A DNA stretch of 59,600 bases, the filler included, from Stramenopiles sp. TOSAG23-2 (taxonomy: Eukaryota): NCBI GenBank assembly GCA_900128395.1. It is 3 parts of 3 records of this genome, joined end to end, with 100 filler letters (N's around TTAATTAATTAA, not from the genome) between each part and the next. Parts side by side here need not be neighbours in the genome. Positions count along the whole stretch, not along the records: positions 39,852 to 59,600 come from LT649575.1; 2 more parts are not named here. The stretch is one strand, 5' to 3'. A model generated the notes under the pieces. That model was not told the DNA's origin and ran no database searches. It saw only the letters and a program-made list of their open reading frames with translations. The translations under genes and the position numbers were made by a program. Below are positions 53,439 through 59,600 of this stretch, in pieces; positions within the stretch are counted from its first letter, which is position 1, and every line of letters starts with the position of its first letter.

Positions 53439-56252
53439 ATGAAGCAATCGTCTATCATCCGACTAGCATTATTCTACTTAGTACTTTTAATATCTCATGA
53501 AGGTATTACAGTAGCTACTAACATACGTCAAACTGTTGGTGTACGAAAAAATATGCAATTATCCACCTCATTAAACGATATGGTCAATATGATGGATTCC
53601 ATTGATATTGATAGTTTTCTAGAAGTTGAAGATATGCATGGTATGTCAGCAGAAGCATATGGTACGTTAGAAATGATTGAAATGCATAAAAGTTTAAAAG
53701 AAGGGTTTTCGTTTGAACATAGTCCTATATTAAAGGATTTAACTAGTTTAAAGGAAATACCAACAAATAAAATATTATCACCAAGTGAACTAAAAGGACA
53801 TCGTGAAGATGTATCGGTATTGCTAGAGAAAGCGATGAGTAGTTTGGGTAATAGTAAGACAGCAGCAAGCGACAGTAAAGCGTCGTCATCAGGTGAATGC
53901 AAGAAAACCACTACCTTCTCTACCTGCGGTAAACACTCCGACTGTCGTCCAGCTAAACATAACCCATGCAAAGGAGAATGTATATGCGATACAGATGGAA
54001 TTAACGAATGTGAATGTGTTGCAAAAGGTACTACGGCAAGGGAAGAGTTAGCAAAAATTGATACTGGTAAAATTTTAGACAATGAAGAGACAATTGAAAA
54101 AGCTCTCACAATCAAAGATGTTGGTTTTTCCGTGTTATTTGGTTTTGTTGATGGGTTTTTCGGTGGTATGGTTACTGATCTAAAAGAGGGATGGAAAGAT
54201 GATAAATGTCAAGATCGTTCTGATATTAATGTCAAATTTAAACGTGTTTTACGTAAGGCAAAACACTTTTGGCATACAATTAAAAAAATTCATAAAAAAG
54301 TATGGACATCTTCTGGTCGCAAATCTTTAAGACATGCATTGAAAGGATTATTGACTGCATTAGTTACAGCCTTAAAAGCAGTTTATAAATTTGCTATGGC
54401 ATGCCCTGCAACAAAAATGGTTGGAATGGTTTTAATGTTTATTGTTGCAATGGTTGTCTTCAACATGGCGTTTGTTGCAGCTGGATTTGTAGTAGTTCCA
54501 ATACTGATTAAACTTGTTGGTGGTCTTGTTGGATTGTATTTTTCATTTGATTATATGAAAGACACTGTAATTGAAATTTACAAGGAAATGAAAAAAATGA
54601 GCGCAGGTACATGTATGCATGCATGTAAGAAAAAAATGATTGAAAAAAGTTCAGGTATGTTGGGTGCAATTACAGAGGTAATTCTTTTAGGTGGTTTAGG
54701 TGATTTTGGAACACTGACTAAAAATCTAAAGGCAACAAGTTTATTGAAAAGATATAAAATCAAAGTTTCCCCAAGTTTAATTGATGATATAAAAACAGTT
54801 CAGAAATCTGCAAAGAATACTAAAGATGGTGTGGCCACAACGATAAAAAGTCTTAATACTAAACTTCGTACTAAAGGGTTGATGGGAACTGTTAATGATG
54901 TTGCAAAAAAAACTGGAGATATTGTAGTGGATGCTACAAAAAAAGCTGGAGATACTATACAGGATGTGAAAAAAACATTTAAGAAGGGAGTGAAAGATGA
55001 CATACCTGATGCAAAGAAAAAGAGAAAAACGGATACGGAAAGGGTGGAAGATTACAAGAAGGACCAGAAAAAGATGGAAAAACAGAAATCCTATGATCCT
55101 GAGAAGCCACGAGTAGAAGATGCAAAGATTGAACAATTTGGTAATGATATGATGAAAGATAAAAGCTTCCTTAAAAGAGCTGGCTTGGAGGGGAAAACAA
55201 AAGGTGTTCAAGATGACGTAAAAGCTGCATTTATTGACGCTATGAAAAAGAGTGAAGATGGAAGGGCTAAATTTGTTCAAAATAATAAGGAAGGGGCAAA
55301 TTTCATGAACGACCCAATTTTAAGAGCAGAGTATTGGGATCAGGATTTAAAAAATTACGAAGACGCATTTAAAGCAAGTTTGAAGAAATCGAAAAACGGA
55401 ATAACGGATGACATGGCTAATGATTTTTTTAAAAATGTATTCACCTTTGAGGGCGATTCCCTTGGAAGAGAATGGGCTGACAAATTTGGTAAGCTTTTGC
55501 TTGGTAGAGTAACATTCATTAGAAGTGACGCAAAAGTAATAAAGAGACTAGAAAAGATGGGGTTAGTTAATCCTTATAGTGCAGGTCCTACAACGGGAGA
55601 TGCTGCAAAAACGGATATAACGGAAGATGATGTGTATAACAATAACTTGAAAAAACTAAAACGCTTCGGGTATAAATTGAAATCACACATGCAGCGTTAT
55701 AAAATAGCTAAGGGTGGTCTTAACACATTAGAAGGTACAAAATATACATTGGATGATAGGTCACCAAAAGAAATAAATGCGGGTCTTCAAATACGCTATT
55801 TTAATTTGTTACGCGGAACAAAAGAAGGAGAAGGTAAACGATTCATTGAAGCGGTTAAAAAAGTTGTGCGAAGCAAAGAAGGTGAAAATCGTAGAAGACG
55901 ATTATTAAATTGGAAAAATCATTGGGAGCAATTCACCACTTATGTTGAAACAGCGAAAGGTTCTTGTCCTAAATCCATATTAACAGGTGTAAATGTTGAG
56001 CCAAATGGTGAATTTTATTTTAGTTGCTCACAATCACCTAAGTTATGTAAATGCATTAAGAATGTTGGTTCAAGTGGTAAAGAGCAACATTTTTTGGCTG
56101 GCAATATCGGTTTAGTTATATTCTTTCAAGATAGTACAGTTAGTTATGAAATATCAGAAGATGGAAATCCATTTGCATATGGTGATGTAAATGAAGGTAT
56201 GAATGAAAGGAGAAGGAGGTTGTTACAAGCTAGAGGGGGTGGAGGAAGTTAA
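53439..56252 (+). CDS. 937-aa secreted protein: signal peptide, Cys-rich module, Gly-rich hydrophobic helices, Lys-rich region and two RRRRLL motifs
   Basis: Long intact ORF. Signal peptide LALFYLVLLIS. Eight Cys in ECKK...CECV. Hydrophobic block MVGMVLMFIVAMVVFNMAFVAAGFVVVPILIKLVGGLVGLYF. RRRRLL at 55890 and 56208. Confidence 0.8.
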   Translation: MKQSSIIRLALFYLVLLISHEGITVATNIRQTVGVRKNMQLSTSLNDMVNMMDSIDIDSFLEVEDMHGMSAEAYGTLEMIEMHKSLKEGFSFEHSPILKDLTSLKEIPTNKILSPSELKGHREDVSVLLEKAMSSLGNSKTAASDSKASSSGECKKTTTFSTCGKHSDCRPAKHNPCKGECICDTDGINECECVAKGTTAREELAKIDTGKILDNEETIEKALTIKDVGFSVLFGFVDGFFGGMVTDLKEGWKDDKCQDRSDINVKFKRVLRKAKHFWHTIKKIHKKVWTSSGRKSLRHALKGLLTALVTALKAVYKFAMACPATKMVGMVLMFIVAMVVFNMAFVAAGFVVVPILIKLVGGLVGLYFSFDYMKDTVIEIYKEMKKMSAGTCMHACKKKMIEKSSGMLGAITEVILLGGLGDFGTLTKNLKATSLLKRYKIKVSPSLIDDIKTVQKSAKNTKDGVATTIKSLNTKLRTKGLMGTVNDVAKKTGDIVVDATKKAGDTIQDVKKTFKKGVKDDIPDAKKKRKTDTERVEDYKKDQKKMEKQKSYDPEKPRVEDAKIEQFGNDMMKDKSFLKRAGLEGKTKGVQDDVKAAFIDAMKKSEDGRAKFVQNNKEGANFMNDPILRAEYWDQDLKNYEDAFKASLKKSKNGITDDMANDFFKNVFTFEGDSLGREWADKFGKLLLGRVTFIRSDAKVIKRLEKMGLVNPYSAGPTTGDAAKTDITEDDVYNNNLKKLKRFGYKLKSHMQRYKIAKGGLNTLEGTKYTLDDRSPKEINAGLQIRYFNLLRGTKEGEGKRFIEAVKKVVRSKEGENRRRRLLNWKNHWEQFTTYVETAKGSCPKSILTGVNVEPNGEFYFSCSQSPKLCKCIKNVGSSGKEQHFLAGNIGLVIFFQDSTVSYEISEDGNPFAYGDVNEGMNERRRRLLQARGGGGS

Positions 56253-56365
56253 AAAAAATATACACAACAAGTATTACACGCGCACGTATTTTTCAATTTT
56301 TTATTTTCACTCATTTTACCGATATAAAATTCCTAACTTCCATCTTGGTAATATCGGTTATCCCG

Positions 56366-58384
56366 TCAACTACACACGCCGTTTTGATAATCGCACACTT
56401 TCGAGTTACAATCCCTGACACATGTTTTTTCCTCTAATAACACATTTAGACAATACTTTGAACATTGTTTTTTGCATCCAGCTTCTGGTGATCTTTCTAC
56501 GACATTTTTTATTTTAGGTTGCCCGTCCAACCATCCATTAGTACATATCGGATTATCATATAGATATGTATATTCTAGTTTTTTTAAATTATCAATTGTA
56601 TTTGGGAGAGATGCTATTGCATTGTTTCTTAAATCTACTTCAAACAATTGTGCAAGGTTTCCAATTTCTTCTGGGACGATTGAAATGTTATTGTTATTAT
56701 TAAATCTTACGTATCTCAAATTTATTGCAGCTCCAATATTACTTGAGATACTAGTTAATTTATTACCATCGGCCATCAATGTGATTAAATTCAAATCGAA
56801 AAGTTCATTTGGCAGCATAATCAAGCTATTATTACTTAAATAAATATGATGCAAATTCTTTGCTTTTTGTACTGATGCCCCGGGAATCATAGAAATATTG
56901 TTATTATCAAGCTCTAACAAATGGATGTGTTCATTTTCCCATACCACATCCGGCAATGATTTCAATTCATTGTTTGCTAATTTCAATCGATTGTACTCCA
57001 GTTTACCTAAACTATCTGGAACTTGAATCAATTTGTTATAACTTAAATCCAATGTACTTAACTTCTCAAACTTTGTATTAACATCGTTGCGAATTGTTTG
57101 TAATGGCCCATGATTAATCTGCATAACTTTCAATGCATTCATCTCAAATAGTTCTTTTGGAAATTCTGTCCAATCATGCTTTCGTACATTTAAAACAACA
57201 CAATTACATTTTGGCGTGAACATGGTTCGACAAAATGGTGTTTGAACTACACAACTTTCCCATAACGTTTCTTCGCATGTTGCAGACGATGTTATACCTA
57301 ATTCTACGATTGCTACTATGAACATAAACACTCCATATAAAATATTATAAACCGCAAACCCTTTTCGTACTTTTGTAGGCATGGAATTTTGCTGTTTTTT
57401 CGCCACTTTGGCTGTTTCTAATACAGCATAGATACTTCTTCGTTTTCGACCAACACTTTCTGCTGTCTGGAATTGTTGCTTTTTTACCGCGTCAAAACTT
57501 CGTAAACGAACAATCTCACGAAATATTGATCGTAACTTTGTAAAAAGACACAGTGCTGGCAATAATGTAACAAGAATCATCTCGTCAATGGAAATCGGAA
57601 CTTTATATCCAAACCATATAATACCCAATGGAACAATCATACAAAATGTGTCAAAGAAAATATCTATTTTTATTTGTCTATCTCGACGTTCCGGGGTATT
57701 ATTTTGTAATACCTCATACCCGCGACCAATGCTATCCACTCCTAAACAAATACAAATTATGGTGCTGGATAGAACTGGCAAAGAGCATAAATAAACATTG
57801 ATTAAATTATTCAATTGATTAAAACTTTCTAATAATTCAATTAAATATAATTTCCACAAATAATATTTTCCATTAATAAATGTTTCTCTATAAAATTGCA
57901 TAATTCCTGCTGCTCCTCGATGTGGATCGCGTCCTGTTAAAGCACGTCTTGTATAATCTTTTGCAACACTTTTCCATGTTTTGAGTAGAAATATTATAGT
58001 TAGTATGTATAAAACACCTAGAACTATATATATCCAAACCCATTTTCGATCAAATGTTCTTAAGTACACTGTATATTCATATACAAGATACCATGAAAAG
58101 CCAGACAAAACAAGCAAAAAAAATAATACGACAGTACCATCCCATCCAACATGTGAACAATATGATATATTGATATCCTTCATTAATATAGCTGTATTTG
58201 CTCGTTTTCGAGTTCTTGTTTTACCCTTTTTTTCGTTCTTTTTCTTTTTTTCTCTTGGTACTTCTTCTTCTATTTCAGGTATTGTAGCATTTGGAAGCTC
58301 TATATCATTTTCTTCATCTTTTACTATTTTCTTTTCGCTTGACGATTGATATAATGGATTTCTTGTTGAGTTACTTGTATCCAT
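56366..58384 (-). CDS. Multi-pass membrane protein with C-terminal leucine-rich repeats and a terminal LNR (Notch)-like Cys repeat
   Basis: Several TM helices in the N-terminal half. LRRs LSTLDLSYNKL, LELDNNNI, IYLSNNSL, VDLRNNAI, YLYDNPIC. Terminal CSKYC...TCVRDCNSKVCDYQNGVC. Confidence 0.85.
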   Translation of the reverse strand: MDTSNSTRNPLYQSSSEKKIVKDEENDIELPNATIPEIEEEVPREKKKKNEKKGKTRTRKRANTAILMKDINISYCSHVGWDGTVVLFFLLVLSGFSWYLVYEYTVYLRTFDRKWVWIYIVLGVLYILTIIFLLKTWKSVAKDYTRRALTGRDPHRGAAGIMQFYRETFINGKYYLWKLYLIELLESFNQLNNLINVYLCSLPVLSSTIICICLGVDSIGRGYEVLQNNTPERRDRQIKIDIFFDTFCMIVPLGIIWFGYKVPISIDEMILVTLLPALCLFTKLRSIFREIVRLRSFDAVKKQQFQTAESVGRKRRSIYAVLETAKVAKKQQNSMPTKVRKGFAVYNILYGVFMFIVAIVELGITSSATCEETLWESCVVQTPFCRTMFTPKCNCVVLNVRKHDWTEFPKELFEMNALKVMQINHGPLQTIRNDVNTKFEKLSTLDLSYNKLIQVPDSLGKLEYNRLKLANNELKSLPDVVWENEHIHLLELDNNNISMIPGASVQKAKNLHHIYLSNNSLIMLPNELFDLNLITLMADGNKLTSISSNIGAAINLRYVRFNNNNNISIVPEEIGNLAQLFEVDLRNNAIASLPNTIDNLKKLEYTYLYDNPICTNGWLDGQPKIKNVVERSPEAGCKKQCSKYCLNVLLEEKTCVRDCNSKVCDYQNGVCS

Positions 58385-59332
58385 CTTTTGATAATTCTAG
58401 CTATGTTTATAAATGAAATTGTTATTTCCTATTTATGTAGGATCGTCAGAAGAAATGTATAACTAAAATGTGGGAATGTTGTTGTATTTTGTATATTGTA
58501 TTATAGAAATTAGAATATTACAAAAAACAACTTTCTTGATGAGTGATGACCACATGATAATGATGCACTTTACTATTACACTACCACAGAACTAATAGAA
58601 ATACACTTTACTAACTTTGGATCTTTGGATCACTTTTGTACGTATTATTAATATGCACTATTTATCAATGCTGTTGGCTGTTATTTCTCATTAAAAACTA
58701 AAAACGATGACTATCGACCATTGGATCTGTTTTTTTCTTCTATAATCCATAATTTCAATTATTATACCATCATCTATACTATTTGTATATTATTATATGT
58801 ATATAATTATGTAATAATATCCGATATTATCTTTCCAAAAAACCATCTAATCTACTAATATATATAGCATATATATCTACCATTAGGCTATTAAAATACG
58901 GTTTATAGTATAAATATAGCTATTGACAATCTATTCTATTTTTTAATGATAAAATTCCAAACGCCACAACCACAAACAAACGATCTTCGAACATTCGCAA
59001 AAACCTTTTTCAGTTCCCAAAGGAGCTACATCGTTCTATTTCCTATATAGTACGAAAATATTAAAATCCGAATTGTATGATTATTAAAACAGATTAAGAA
59101 TGTTATTTACTCCATTATATTTATATACTAATATATTGCATGAAAATAAATCGATTTTATAGTACATATATAAGTATACTAATTATAGTATCAACCTGAT
59201 TAAAGCATTTATTTTTTACTATACACATTTCCATTATTACTAATTTTATTTCTTCCATTTTGTCATTTTGGTCATTTAACATCAATTTTTCTTTTTTAGT
59301 CGTCCAATAATGCATTTTAATGCGGGTTTTAT

Positions 59333-59429
59333 TTTGTCAGGAGATGATTTTATTAAGTACAACTTATATTTACATTTAACATATACACAGACTTTAATAT
59401 TTTAGTATATTAAAAAACACACCTATCAA
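59333..59429. repeat. Dispersed ~100-bp repeat, copy 2
   Basis: Matches 41487-41583 with scattered substitutions toward the 3' end. Confidence 0.85.
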
Positions 59430-59600
59430 CTTTTCCCCCCTAATAAATGAAAAATCATCAAAAAAAATAAAAATTTTAATAAAAACAAATGTAAATAAAA
59501 TGTTAACACATACAACCTTTCGTGATACCATCGTACATCAATACAATCATTGTTATTACAAAATATTCATCATTTTAATTATACAAGTGTAAAAAATTGT

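Noticed and set aside
1-59600. tRNA, rRNA or telomeric repeats; alternative genetic code
   Set aside because: None recognised by eye. Conserved genes translate intact with the standard code and end at TAA, TAG or TGA.

Overview
Eukaryotic, very AT-rich, intron-poor, gene-dense DNA from a flagellated protist. It carries IFT122 and WDR90, and several families suggest a stramenopile, which is an inference. The window is three unrelated contigs (1-19855, 19956-39751, 39852-59600) joined by artificial 100-nt N44-TTAATTAATTAA-N44 linkers, so there is no real synteny across the gaps. About 20 protein-coding genes are supportable, including three GT-AG introns with TCTAAC branch points. Also present are a Ty3/gypsy RT fragment, a MITE-like element, and a series of 110-150 bp tandem duplications in contig 3 that look like assembly or haplotype artefacts. 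The most notable locus is the 5'-truncated ORF at 1-2934. It is one polypeptide fusing a probable malate synthase C-terminal tail, an OHCU decarboxylase, an SxxK beta-lactamase-family serine hydrolase and a two-repeat allantoicase. The beta-lactamase-like domain sits where the allantoinase step falls in the pathway, making it a candidate third, non-homologous allantoinase within a urate-catabolism polyenzyme.
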